The position numbers and the translations under genes are program-made. The notes beneath the pieces are model-generated. The model had not been told where the DNA came from. It worked only from the letters and a program-made list of their open reading frames with translations, and ran no database searches. A DNA stretch of 64,000 bases, taken from contig OZ316894.1 of NCBI GenBank assembly GCA_973895155.1, positions 2,868,457 to 2,932,456 of the forward strand, written 5' to 3'. Positions 51,401-64,000 of this stretch are shown piece after piece (position 1 is the stretch's first letter; each line of letters begins with the position of its first letter). Origin of the DNA: Marsupella aquatica. Its lineage: Eukaryota > Plantae > Marchantiophyta.

Positions 51401-51434
51401 AGTACAGCGTTAGGGTCAAGAAAAGTTAATCGAG

Positions 51435-52052
51435 ATGAGTCACCACGGTCATAACCACCACGGTCATCATCACCACCACGGTCACCAGGAGCAGCAAAGC
51501 TATGCTGGATATCCGGGCAGCAATTCCGGCTATTACGAAGCGGGATATCCACCTCAAGCGCCTGCTTATGGATACCAACAACCACAAGTGGGATATGAGG
51601 GCTATGGATACACGGAGCAACCTTCCTATGGCGGAGCAATGCAGCCTTACGGAGGCTATGGATCTGGTCAGTATTCCCAATACGGTGCGATCCAGCCTTA
51701 CGGACAGAATGGCGGCATGGAATCAGTGAACCACCTCCTTGCTCAAGAGCAGCACCATAAGACTCAAGAACACAGGGCCGAAGCAGTCGCTTTGGGAGCT
51801 GCGGCGTTTGCAGCTTATGAACATCACGAAGCGAGGGTCGACCCTGCACACGCTGCGAGGCATCGGCGGGAAGAGCATATGGCCGAAGCCGTTGCGCTGG
51901 GTGCTGGAGGCTATGCGTTGTACGAGCATCAGCAAGTTAGGCACGATCACCAGCAGCTCCAGGCGGCGGGTTACTATCCTGAGAGTGGTCATCATCACAA
52001 TAAACATGAGAATAGACATGAGAAGAAACATCATCATGGACTTTTCCACTAG
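51435..52052 (+). CDS. ABA/WDS-domain (ASR-like) stress protein with His-rich ends and a Gly/Tyr/Gln-rich N-terminal half
   Basis: EQHHKTQEHRAEAVALGAAAFAAYEHHEARVDPAHAARHRREEHMAEAVALGAGGYALYEHQ is the ABA/WDS signature; C-terminal KKHHHGLFH; single exon. Confidence 0.9.
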   Translation: MSHHGHNHHGHHHHHGHQEQQSYAGYPGSNSGYYEAGYPPQAPAYGYQQPQVGYEGYGYTEQPSYGGAMQPYGGYGSGQYSQYGAIQPYGQNGGMESVNHLLAQEQHHKTQEHRAEAVALGAAAFAAYEHHEARVDPAHAARHRREEHMAEAVALGAGGYALYEHQQVRHDHQQLQAAGYYPESGHHHNKHENRHEKKHHHGLFH

Positions 52053-54552
52053 ATGGATCTACAACTTCACGTATAGCCCTGCCGTCTCTTCATTCCTTCG
52101 TGGTGCAATTCAGCCAATTGAAGATACAGAAAATGTCTCCGAAGCACGAGGGAGTTGCGTCTTCTAGAGAACCAGTGATTGTTTCGAGCATGTGTCAAAT
52201 CCTTTGCAGCAAAGTTTTGTAGTGCTTTGTAGAATTTTTCTTTTGGTCTAGAAATAGCTAGTAGCTGGGCTTCGGGAGGTCATAGCAACTATTGAGAAAG
52301 GAGACGGGGAAGTAGGATTATTAAGAGCTTGCACGGCCTCTCCGCGAATGTATACGTTTGGAAGCAATTCTTGAATATCCACAATGTCGTAATTGTTCAA
52401 AGCATCACCAGATGTTTATTTTCCCGATGTAAAACACCATTCAAGACCTTCTTCCTCTTCCAGTTTTGCCCAATGTAGGCGAGGATCAACACATCTGTTA
52501 GTGGTTGTGCAAATGACGCCGATTCTAAAGTGAGCCAGCCGAGCTGAGCAGTAGAATCTGGATTGATATGAGTGGCTCGATCGTAAAGTGTCGTGTCAGC
52601 TAGAATAGCAACATATAACAATGTCACAAATGTTGAGGAATGAGGATTCTGAGTGGCGCCGATAGGTACGACTAGCAACTGTACTTGAGTGAACTCTAGA
52701 TTGTGGTCATATTGAAGTGCGCTGTGAGAGACGAAAATAACGTCTGTGCAAAAGAAGGCGGGATGAGCGTGTAAGTGGAGCAATGAATTTGGCATAAGCA
52801 ATCCTGTGACATGGATTTTGAAATTACTTATTTGGAGTTTGGCGGAGATTCTTCCATATGGTTGTCCACTACTTGATTGTGAAACGCACGAAATCCCACC
52901 ATGTACTACTCGACAACTCTCATGGAGGTCTTTATGACTTGGATAAATTTTGCGCCCACACGTGTAAATGAGCTTTGTTGCTCTTACATTGAAATTGCCA
53001 TTGCACGGATACCTCCTCAAGGTTCCAAAAAATAACTTCAAAAATCGCGACTCACATTGATACTTGCTCTAACTGTTACAACTTCTCCTCGATCAAATTG
53101 ATTCTTCAAGGCGACACATTGAACGATATGGCACGTTCGTATTTGTGGCACGTTCGTATTCTTGTCTATGATGTTGGGTGCCAACCGTGGGCACTCGGTG
53201 TATACCTGTTTGAGGAGAGTAACTGAAAGGAAATTGAAACTGAAGTTCAGTCGACAAAATGCAACCTGGCTCGAATTCAGACTAAATCCGTTTACATGCA
53301 TCAATCGCAAGGAAACACTGTAGATGAGGCGACAGAGAGCATTTCGGATCGGAGAGGTAGATCGCCAGAACATGCTCAATTCATGTGTATTCATGACTAG
53401 AATATAACTTTTGCAATAGATTTGTGGACTTCCAGTCCGCTCTGAGTTATTCAAGTATAGAAACTCACATTCTCAGATACTACGACTGTATTGTGGAAAA
53501 CATAAGCTTCACAAGACGATCAAAGGACATCCAATGCTGTGAACGTTTTACCGGAAGTTGAACTGGTGTGGAAGATGAGCCAAATGTGTGTTTTTCGTGT
53601 TTCGTGGATTGCAATACTGGACATGGGTCTTTTAAAACTTGTTGGAAATATCACTACCTCAATATGATTTCAAGTTATACACCACTATGTCAAAGACAGT
53701 CCCATGATTGCAACTACGGATTGATCAAAGTCAAATGTGTACTCAAGGATAATCTTCCGATTCCGCTGTAATTCAATGTTAGTATAATGTTGAAGTGTCT
53801 TCGTGATGTCGTATAATCGCTACTCTGAATTGATCAACGCTGAATGTGCGCTAAAAGACGAGTTTCCTATTCCAATATCATTCACTGAAATGTCTTCGTG
53901 GTATCTCGGCATGCCTGATGGATACATGTCCTTTCCGAGGAGGATATGAACAGAAATCTAAATATACCATCAACGGAACCTTCAAATGACGTCGCACAAC
54001 ACCATCCAAAATGAATGTTTACTTTACACTAACTCCCTGACAACAAGGTTTAAACGAAGGATGAACAGTCAAGTGTTTTATTTTTGTTCCGAGAACGCAA
54101 GGTATGAGTGATGCTTCTATTGAAGAATATGTATTCTTTTTGACCCCAATCCAACTCAATAAAGTCACCACCACCAAAGCAACGCTGAGATCTGCTCAGC
54201 AGCCGCACATTACACCAGCAATTGTTTAGACCTAAAAGAGTACAATTGCTTCGGTATACAGAATACGATCGACTTTACATACTCTTGAACTAATCTAATG
54301 CAGAAAAGGAATCCGCGCAATATATTACATACCCTGTTTAAACGCTAGTGGTGAACTCTCAAAACGACTCGAGCAAGAAACTATTCCGATTATATACGCC
54401 TAATTTGCCATTAAGACGGCCTCCAAATTTCAAGAGCAGCAATAGGAAAATTCGCCTGTGTACAATGAATGACGTCGATTCACCACGGGGTGAATTTATT
54501 GGAATCAGACTTCAAGGACTAGAAAAATCAATCCCGGAGTGGACACGATCGC

Positions 54553-55482
54553 TTAGATCGAGTGTGCTGCACAGGCAAGTGCTGTCACCAGTGCCACAGC
54601 AGGGGAAGGAGCAGACGCAGCAGGCTGAGACAATGCCACAGCAGGGGAAGGAGCAGATGCAACAGGGTGAGGCAATGTTGGTGCAGGACAGCATACACAG
54701 GCCTCCGTCCTCACCACAGAAGGAGATGCAGTCTGCTGGGCTAGTTGGGCTTGCTGGGCCCATCCCATATTGGTAGCAAGATCTTCGACAGAAATTTTGA
54801 CAACATCCTTACGAATTCCAATGTCCGTTGCATATCGATAGAAGAAATACACCCCTGCTGATGCAGCTGCCATGCCCCAAGGATTTGTCATCATGAACTT
54901 CAGAGGGGATGAAACTACTGCAGCGAATGGCGCTCCTAGAAATGATGCAGTCTGTCCACTTCGCCCAATGAAAGTGTTATCGACTGCCAACAGCCCTGTT
55001 TTACAATAAATAGCGAAGTCCTCACAATTGTTGTGGAAGAGATGGTACAATCCGAAACCATTGTCGTACAAATACTTGGCGCGGTGAAGTACAACCTCGG
55101 CCGTATCTGCCACAGCCAAGGTGCAAGTTCCTCCTCTTGCCTTCACCAGGAAAGTGACGGTGTTTTCCCCATACTGAAATCGGTAGAGTGGGCAATCCGC
55201 CAAGAAGCACTCAAGACAGGAAAGCACAACGCCATTGCTCTCCCCGCTCAGCCCACAGTCTGTACATCTTCCATCGGTTGAAGCTGGTCTTGAACTGGAG
55301 AGGAGGAAATCTATGTATGTACCTGTTCCCAACTCCTCATTTCGACCTCTTGTGAAATGAATTACTCTGTTGTCAGACACATATATCCCATGATGAGCAT
55401 AAGTGTACGCCGATCGCCAAGAGTAAATGTGATCGCCGTGCTTCAAATCCTCCTTCCGAATGCGATTGGAAAGAATACCCAT
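54553..55482 (-). CDS. LRAT/NC-domain (permuted NlpC/P60) protein, similar to plant LEAD-SENSITIVE 1
   Basis: GDHIYSWRSAYTYAHHGIYV, VIHFTRG, YHLFHNNCEDFAIYCKTG, RYATDIGIRKDVVKI; single exon, 309 aa, with a short Ala/Pro-rich C-terminal repeat. Confidence 0.92.
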   Translation of the reverse strand: MGILSNRIRKEDLKHGDHIYSWRSAYTYAHHGIYVSDNRVIHFTRGRNEELGTGTYIDFLLSSSRPASTDGRCTDCGLSGESNGVVLSCLECFLADCPLYRFQYGENTVTFLVKARGGTCTLAVADTAEVVLHRAKYLYDNGFGLYHLFHNNCEDFAIYCKTGLLAVDNTFIGRSGQTASFLGAPFAAVVSSPLKFMMTNPWGMAAASAGVYFFYRYATDIGIRKDVVKISVEDLATNMGWAQQAQLAQQTASPSVVRTEACVCCPAPTLPHPVASAPSPAVALSQPAASAPSPAVALVTALACAAHSI

Positions 55483-57274
55483 CCCTTCTTCTCAGACTCT
55501 CGTCACTTGAAAAACGCTCGAGGGAGAAGACTGGAGCTCTAGTTCCAACACGAAACGCGCCGAGAAAAACTCCACTTGCTTGTTCCTTCACTTCACGTAA
55601 ACCAGCGGTGTGAAGCAAAAGCCTTTCCCCTCCAGACGAGAGAACTTGCGTTAGAACGTCTGATGGTACCACCACGACCTCTCGAAAACCCCAATTCAGA
55701 CAGAGGGGCTGCAACGCCCTATCTCACTCACGATCCGATAATGGAATCAATCAGGGCGTGACAACAACATTCACTCTGGTCCTTCGCTGGCTCCTGGCTG
55801 CCTCTCTCCCTCCCCTCTCTCTTGCTAGGAGCGATGACAGGGAGCCCAGAAGCGGACCTCGAGCGAGTCACTCATCAACCGGATGAAAGCCTCCCCAATT
55901 CCTCACCCTAATTTGAACCGTTACTCCCACCCCGTCTCCGTCCTATGCTCCAACTCCTCAAACCCCCTCAATTCCTCGTAACAACCCCGATCACGCCCAA
56001 AACGCAACTATATAATTATCAGCCACTTTCCGACACGCGTGGCTGTCTGGCACTCGAGCGAAATCCGGAAGGGAGTAGTAATGTGCTGCAGATCCCTACA
56101 AGACAACGCTGTCGAAATCGAACCCAATCTACTCCACTCCACTCCAGTCCCGTGACAATCATCACATGCCATCCGGAAGTGAATTAGATTCCGCGGCAAA
56201 GCGAAACGTCGAGAGGAAGAATGCTGCGTGAAGATTGAAGAAGTATCGAGGTGGGAACGGGAATGATGGAAAGGGAAAGTGTGGAGGAAAGGAGGAGCAG
56301 TGGTTACGTTGTGCAGTGAGTGCCACCAATCCACCATCGCTCGCTCGGCGCTCGCTCTGTCGGTGACTCGGTGGTGTCGAACTGTGGCAGTGGGACAATT
56401 TTTGGAGTCAACCGCAAGAAACCGACAAACGACAGCACCACGCCAGGCAGCGTTTTTTTAATGGCGAAAATTCGCCAAATTCCACCTCACTGCAGGAAAA
56501 TTATGTTCCCATGTACCACAAGGTTGGTTTTTTTAAACCCCCATGGACCACAAGGTTGATTTTTTTAAACCCCCATGGACCACATTTATCAAAATTTCAT
56601 TTCACTTTAATTGTAACCACGCCCGTGACCAAAGAGATTTGGTCACAAAAGCTGAAATGTTATTGTTGCAAAATGTTTCTCTTGAGAATTGTATACTCTA
56701 TTTTGGAGAATCTTCTACTCGAAATTGTATGCGCAAAACAAGATTTGGAGGCATTTTTGGGCCCCATCACAAAGCTGAACTGAAAGTTCAGCCAATCATT
56801 CCATGCTCATAAATTTCACTTTTATTTTAGTTTTGAGGATGTGCTAGAGGAGGGGAAACTGATATCCTCATGTACCACAAGGTTGGTCTTTTCAAACCCC
56901 CATAGACCACATTTATCAAAATTTCAGTTTGATTGTAATAATTCCATGCTCATAAATTTCCAAAAAACCTTAGTTTTGAGGATGTGCTAGAGGAGTAAGT
57001 AAGCTAAAATTCTATCGTTGTGACAATGAATTTTTGGCCATTTTAGTTGAGTTATTCTTCATGGAATAAGAGGGGTAAATTTTATTAGATTGATTTTCAT
57101 TGTCTTAATATGAAACAGGCTTGAGTGTTTTTAAGTCTCATCCTTCTCTACTTACTTTGCAGATGGAAAACTAAAAAACATTTTTAAACTCATAATCATC
57201 AAGTTATAAGCCAAAAACTGCCATGGACCACAAGTGTGTCCAAACATGGTGGTCCATCAGGGTCTCACTTTCCA

Positions 57275-57485
57275 CTGAAGGGAGTATCTGTTTGATGGAC
57301 CCCCAAAATGAAAAATGGTAGTCAATGGCGTGATCTAGACTGATGGACCCCCAAAATGAAAAATGGTAGTCAATGGCGTGATCTAGACTGTTGATAGACG
57401 TAATATCATAAGTAAGCAAGATTTCATGGGGTCCATTGAGTAAGACTTTTCATTTAGGGGGGTCCATAAGCATATTTCTCCACCG
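57275..57485. mobile_element. MITE-like element related to 42857-43018, with an internal 48-bp tandem duplication
   Basis: TGATGGACCCCCAAAATGAAAA...TTTTCATTTAGGGGGGTCCAT inverted arms; TGATGGACCCCCAAAATGAAAAATGGTAGTCAATGGCGTGATCTAGAC occurs twice. Confidence 0.5.
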
Positions 57486-57977
57486 AAGGCCTCCAATTGA
57501 GATGATCTAAAAAATGGACCAAGCATGCCATTTCTATTTGAGGGGGCTAGGGCATTTTAACTTTAGTGTGTTCTAACTTTAGTTGTAGTGGGACACCCCC
57601 AAGAACCTGACTACATACTAGGCACTGTTCTTTTTAGTGGCAAACATTTTCCAAATTCCACCTCAATGAAGGCTTTTGGAGAAACGACGACATCACCATG
57701 CCAGGCAGTGTTTTTATTAATGGCATTCCACCCCACTGCAAAATTTTGGATAAAATTAGCCACTCGTGATTTTTCAAAGCCTTCTGGGAGAAGATTGTCC
57801 GGTTTAGATTTGGATCACCATTTTCCACTACTGTTACTAAGATTATTAAAAATAAAAATCTCTCAGATCTTTAAGTGTACGAAGGTCCTTTTTCCAGAGC
57901 ATTGTGGGCAATATTAACCCCTCAAAACTATAGCTGAAACTCTAGTTTTCCCTGGGTTTTATCAAGGCATTGTATCC

Positions 57978-58294
57978 CACAATGTCCTCTAAAGTGGACA
58001 TTACTATACACTTAAATCCATGGTGAATTTTACTCTTTGCATATTTCTGAACTTTATATGAGTGAGCCAAATCTTGACTGTGCGTTCTTTCTCCAAGACT
58101 GCCTTGAAAATTAAAAAGAGAAAAAACTTCACAAAGGGCATTGTGTAAGAGAATGACCTGCCTAGCACATACATTGCAGGGCATTTTGAGATTTTCATCT
58201 ACTTGTTTCTTGGCAAAGAAAGTAGGATCTAAACATCATTGAAATTCAGGTTCATCTGTTAAGTGTATAGTAATGTCCACTTTAGAGGCTTGTG
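57978..58294. mobile_element. ~317-bp MITE-like element with a perfect 30-bp inverted repeat
   Basis: CCTCTAAAGTGGACATTACTATACACTTAA (57986-58015) and its exact reverse complement (58259-58288); outer CACAA/TTGTG. Confidence 0.7.
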
Positions 58295-59690
58295 ATCGAA
58301 GCTGAAATGGTATGCAATATCAATTGATCTAGCACGGAAAAGAATTATATGTTGTTATTCTAGAGACTGAAACCATTGTAGACAGTGGATCAAACAAGAG
58401 AAACTATCTTATGCTGTTCATCATCCCCAACTTACAATGAGGAACTAAGTCAATCCTTCCAATACTACATAATCATGAACTGAGTAGAGACATAAGGCTA
58501 TTAGATTTTGACAGAAAATGAGAGAGTAAATAGTCAGAATTAATGTCCCCATTAGATCTGACTTTAATTTGGACAGGAAAGGTTTGCAAGGGCCAGTTAG
58601 AGGCTGGGCATTTCACAAAATGGACCTACAAGTCACAATATGCATCAAAAAAATAGTGTTTAAACCGGTGAGAAATATCAAAGAAACAATTTCCAAAATT
58701 TTGCGTAACTATTTGGGAAGAACAAGGGAGGGGCAAGACTTCCCAAAAAGCTACTGAGGTAGACTGTAGAAACTGAAGGGGGACATGAGTGAACGTGTAT
58801 GGCCCTGAACACTTTAACATACGTTACAGAGCACTCTTCGGCTATGAGAGGAGTGTTTTCTCAAAGACGTCCCTAACTGTCCTTCGCTACTAAAAGTGAG
58901 AATTTTAGTGTACTATTGAAAAAAATGGTCATCTCACTTAAACATCTATTAATGTGTAAATGAATGCTATTCATGTAAATTTTGAATCATATTCATGTAA
59001 TATATTCTAATTGCTACATTAATTAAATAAGTACGTTTTTGTGGCTGCTCATAATAGACCAACCAGAGCATGCATTGGGATGGGCATTTAATAAGTCGAG
59101 TCTTAACTTGGGTATTTATTTAAATGTGTAGTGCACTTTTAGTATTGTGGTGGAAATCACTCCAATGAGTTGATTATTTCACAGAATCAAAGAGAATAAA
59201 TTACACACTAGATATCTATTTATTCCAGTCTATTGGATAAGTTGATTAAGTCATGAAATCAAACATTGGATATTGATTTGTTCTGGCATGTTAGATAAGC
59301 TGATTATTTTATGGAATCAAAGACATAAAGTACACACTACATATTGCTTTATTTTGGTCTATTGGATAAGAATATCAACACGTAAATGTACCTTTCATAT
59401 TTTTAGACTACACCTTGTCTTCAATGGTTGATATGAGGCATGGACAGGGAGCTACTATCCACAATTGGGTGAATATATATACAAACTTATGGAAGATCTC
59501 TTATTTGAAACCAATCAGGGATTGAAGTGAAGATGTGAAATTTGCACAGCAATTGGTTGATGTTGCCAAAGGGTTACTTCTAGCAGTGGTTGAAGAGGAT
59601 TTGGATGTTTTTGTGAAAGCATACAAAGATTATTCTGAATTTGATGCTGCAATTATAGAAATCATTAACTAAATGAGAAAGCCAACAAAT

Positions 59691-60034
59691 TGTTGAGCAT
59701 AGACGACATTCGTAACTGTAAGCCCATGAACCATCCAACGCACAAGAGTCGACACAGAGAGATACGCAGTTCATCTCCACATGAGGCTACGTCCACGAGA
59801 ACACACAAGAGCTTTACTGCACTCTAGGCCGAACGGCCATACCAAGCATCCACAGCACAAGCTCTCCCTATCTCTCAACTAGCTCCGTAACAATGAGCCT
59901 AAGTTCCACCAGGGTCTGGCATCAGCCCTAGCTATATGCACAACAGCACTATCGCTAATATTAGCTAAGTCCTAACCCAAGTTAGACTAATTGTGGTTAG
60001 CTCATGAGTCACAAGACTAGAGCAATATCTAACA
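59691..60034 (-). mobile_element. Solo LTR of a family related to the copia element
   Basis: TGTTGAGCATAGACGAC...CTAACA, 344 bp, flanked by 5-bp TSD CAAAT on both sides; the first ~210 bp are clearly homologous to 5898-6105. Confidence 0.9.
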
Positions 60035-60164
60035 CAAATGTTATGGAGACTTTGAGCAAATTTGCTTCCATTGGAAAACTACGGTCTGAAAAGAAGTTAT
60101 ATTTCTCATTCCTTGATTCTGAATGTGATGACAAGACAAGAAATAGCTTCGGATGAAATTTTAC

Positions 60165-63100
60165 AAGGTCACTTTGAAAACAAGCTTTTCGGATGGATTT
60201 CAAAAATTGGGCAAGCTTGTGTTACTAATGTTGAAAGGTGATGCAGCTATCAGAAGAATAAAGTAAGTCATAGCAAAAGGCTTCTTCAAGCAACCAATAA
60301 AGGCAAAACTAGAAATTTGTTGTAATGAGAGAACCATCTTTGAGTGGCAGTTTTGTTCACGAAAGCCAATTGGCTGTTATATGTAACTTTCATATTTTTG
60401 GACTACGTACGTCTTGTCTTCAATGGGACCGATTGGTGAAGACTAGGGACCAAATTCTCCTCCAACCTCTTCATTCATAAATATAATATGCATAAGTCAT
60501 GAACTTGGAAGTCTCCAACAAGGTGCAATAATCAAATTGAAAATATTTTTGAATGTCTTTTTCTTCACACACATGAGATTTGCCACCCTGGTAAAAAAGT
60601 AAATCCTTAATAAGCATATATCTTTTCATGAAAATACTGTCAAGCTGATCTTAACTGCTGCAAAGCAGATATATACTAGTATATTATATAGCTGGCCTAT
60701 TCTAAGACCATGCTATTTTAACTTATTAACAAGAAACTTCATTGCACTCTATTTAGAGTATTGATTAGCTTAATGACTGGCTTATGAAATAAAACGATCC
60801 CATTGTATTCAAATGTATTGAAACAGATTTCACAAAAATAAAAAAAATAAAAAATGCACACCTTTATAGTAAAGAAAGGTACTGTATGTTTTGGGTCACA
60901 TACAAGTATATTATATTAAATGTATAAGTCGATGTACCTTAGGTACCAGTATTGGCATATTGTATTTGTGATTGAAAAAGAAATACTCTAATTTGATAAA
61001 TATACTACTTTTAGAATCTAGTTTGAGAGGCTCTCAATTAGGTAAACCTGTTAATGTATAAACCATAAACATTGGAAAAAATTTGACCAATAGATATATA
61101 AATTATAGTGCATCTTTTGATTTTGTCCATGTTCAGCCTGGTGAGGTAAACCGCGTCACTCACCCAATAATAAAGAATTTTAGAAATAAATTATTAAAGA
61201 AAGAATAAAAATTTAGTATCAATATAGATATATTTTTAATAAATCTTAAGGATTTGAAAAATTAGAGAGGTAGGAAAAACAGCTAAATTAAACATAATAT
61301 AGAGTGAAAGCATAGACCTTGGGAGGTTGACTATCAATTCAAAAATCTTAGGAACCATGTGCAATCCATAATAAGTATTTTTGATAGAAATTAACTAAAT
61401 TTTTAAAAACCCTAGGAGACAAAAGAAGATATTATAAACTCATTTTTATAGAATATTTTCTAATATATATATTTCATAAAGTAAATTGGTTATTAATATC
61501 AAAAATAGTGAATATTCTTGGAATATTTTTATAATAAAATATGTTTATTTATATTAGGCTAGTATCGCACATGGCACCCCAAAATATACACTTAATTAAC
61601 CCCCCAAGGCGTAGACTAAATCATATATATATAAAAATACTTAACCATATCTTCCAATAAGACAAGATAGGGAGAAGATGTCTCTATATATAGCACACTC
61701 AAAAAACATATAGCATGTTCATCCTGAAACATGCTTTGTTCTTTGTCTTATAGTGATATGTGTAAGAGATCTAATTTTCTTACAATAAAATATAATAGTA
61801 GAAGCAGAGTATATGAAAAAAGAAGTATCTTTTAACAATGAGTGAATTAAATACAAGTGTAGAAGTAAAGCACAAGCAAATAAATACACATATGATCAGG
61901 CAAAGTACAAGTCTCCATTCTTAATTTCTTGGCAAAAAACAAAGAAGTTCTATGACTTATTGTTAGTTTTTTTAAAACTGCGTCACCCTTCAACATGAGT
62001 AACCCAAGCTTACCAATTTCTGAAACCAATCATAAAAGCTTGTTTTCAAAGTGAAACCCATTGAAAAAACTTGTTTATATGTCAGTTTCAAACTGCTTAT
62101 AGGCTTCCACACACACTAGCTAGTCACCCTTCAACATGAGTAACCCAAGCTTACCCAATTTCTGAAACCAATCATAAAAGCTTGTTTTCAAAGTGAAACC
62201 CATTGAAAAAACTTGTTTATATGTCAGTTTCAAACTGCTTATAGGCTTCCACACACACTAGCTAGTGTGCGCGACTAATGCAATGATAGCTCATTCTGAA
62301 CATACAAGCTTTCTCATTGCACACCTTCACCAACCATCATCGCATGTCTGAAACCAATTGCAAGGTTGGTGACTACCCTTTCAGTCTGAGACAAGCATCT
62401 GACAGTAGTCTCAGTTGTTACTTGAGGATCATGGCACATAAATTCCATCTCATCAAATGCCCTGAGTATGAGAAATGTACCAATCTTCCTTTTGACATTC
62501 TGAGCGGAAACATCTTCTTCATAGGATGTGCAACATCTTCCTCATAGGATGTGCAACCTTCAGATGACAACATCTTGCAAAATTGTCAAATTTGTTCTTT
62601 GGCACAATTGCCTTGGGGTCATTAAAGCATGCCCCTCTAATTTTTCAAATCCTTAAGATTTATTAGATATGTTAGAAATATATATTGATACTAAATCTTT
62701 ATTTTTCTATAATTCCTTTCTAAGATTCTTTATTTTTAGTTGGGTGACAAGGTTTACCTCACTAGGCTGAAGATGGACACAACCAAAAGATGCGCTATAA
62801 CTTATATATCCATTGGTCAATTTTTTTAATGTTTATGGTTTATACATTAGTAGGTTCACTTAATAGAGAGCCTCTCAAACCAGAGTCTAAAAGTAGAATA
62901 TACACAAAATTAGAGTATTTTATTGAATCACAAATACTATAGCCAATACTATACCCCTCACTATACCCCTAATATACATTGACTTTAGTTATATATTCAA
63001 TATAATGTACTTGTGTGTCACCCACAACATAGAGAATCTCTCCTCACCATTTTTTATTTCTTATTTTTTTAAAATCTATTTCAATACATATGAAGACGAT

Positions 63101-63950
63101 GCGATAGCTTTTATTTCATAAGCCAATTACTTTTATCAGTACTCTAAAGAGAGTACAATAAAAAATTTTGTCAATCAGTTAAAATAGTATGGTATTAGAG
63201 CGGGCGAGCTATATTGCAACTCGTTGGAGACTTCCAAATTGGTGACTTGTGCATATTATATTTATGAACTGAGAGGTTGAAGGAGAATCTGGTCCTTGGT
63301 CTTCACGAGTTAGTCCCATTGAAGACAAGGTGTAATCCAAAAATATGAAAGCTACATATTACAACCAATTGGCTTTTGTGAACAAAACTGCCAAAGATGG
63401 TTCTCTGATTATGGCAAATCTCTACTTTTGCTTTTCTATGACTCATTGTTATTCTTGTGACAGCTGCATCACGTTTCAACATTAGTAACCTGAGCTTACC
63501 CAATTTCTGAAACCAATCAAAAAAGCTTGTTTTCAAAGTGAAATTCATTGGAAAAGCTTGTTTATAAGTCAGTTTCAAACTGCTTATAGGCTTCCACACA
63601 CAATAGTGTGCACGATCAATGCAATGACAACTCATTCTGAACATACAAGCTTTCCCACATACTGCACACCTTCATCCAACCACCATGACATCTCTGGAAC
63701 CAATTGCAGGGTCGATGACTACCCTCTTAGTCTGAGACAAGCATCTGACAGTAGTCTCAATTTTACTTGAGGATCATGGCACATAAATTCCATCTCATCA
63801 AATGCCATGGGTATGAGAAATATACCAATCTTTCTTTTGACATTCTGAGCAAAAACATCTTCTTCATAGGATGTGCAACCTTCAGATGAAAACATCTTGT
63901 GAAATTGCCGATTTATCCTTTGGCACATTTGCCTTGAGGTCATTAAAGCC
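60165..63950. repeat. Complex repeat: inverted duplication with ~1-kb arms (60165-61270 vs 62635-63545), direct copies (61960-62630 vs 63450-63950) and a near-exact ~140-bp tandem duplication (61983-62262)
   Basis: Matching anchors: GTCCATGTTCAGCCTGGTGAGGTAAACC (~61126) vs the reverse complement at ~62751; AAATCTTAAGGATTTGAAAAATTAGAG (~61241) vs ~62636; CACTTTGAAAACAAGCTTTT (~60170) vs ~63520. Confidence 0.8.
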
Positions 63951-64000
63951 TATTGGTTTGCGGATTTTGAGCAAAATAGCAAAAAATGTCAAGCGTTGCA

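Noticed and set aside
52397-53454. Adjacent 214-aa and 138-aa minus-strand ORFs
   Set aside because: Non-ATG starts, atypical composition and no recognisable domain; cannot be supported without homology or expression data.

Overview
Eukaryotic land-plant genomic DNA with spliceosomal introns; the species cannot be determined from the sequence. Host genes: a large Ser-rich gene running off the left edge (possibly HYLS1-like), a 13-exon plastid-type ATP-dependent phosphofructokinase (PFK5-like), an ABA/WDS (ASR-like) gene and an LRAT/NC-domain gene. The centre holds a young, full-length Ty1/copia LTR retrotransposon (5898-34631, minus strand, 367-bp LTRs differing at 4 sites, CATTA target-site duplication). 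Its pol gene is split by a 22.8-kb cut-and-paste DNA transposon (8576-31370) with 17-bp perfect terminal inverted repeats and an ATAT target duplication. This inner element is the most interesting object in the window. It encodes an apparently intact ~1050-aa Sola1-like DDD transposase plus intron-containing cargo: three tandem F-box-like genes, a ParB/Srx-like protein fused to a degenerate beta-class N4C/N6A DNA methyltransferase-like fold, and a coiled-coil + Ulp1/SENP protease + FCP1/NIF-phosphatase-like gene followed by two more FCP1-like domains. It is marked end to end by at least 29 exact copies of the gapped palindrome ACGC-N8-GCGT, built into three unrelated repeat families and into cargo-gene introns. 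The right end contains a related solo LTR, MITE-like elements and a ~1-kb-arm inverted duplication. All domain calls come from recognising motifs by eye; no database search was run.
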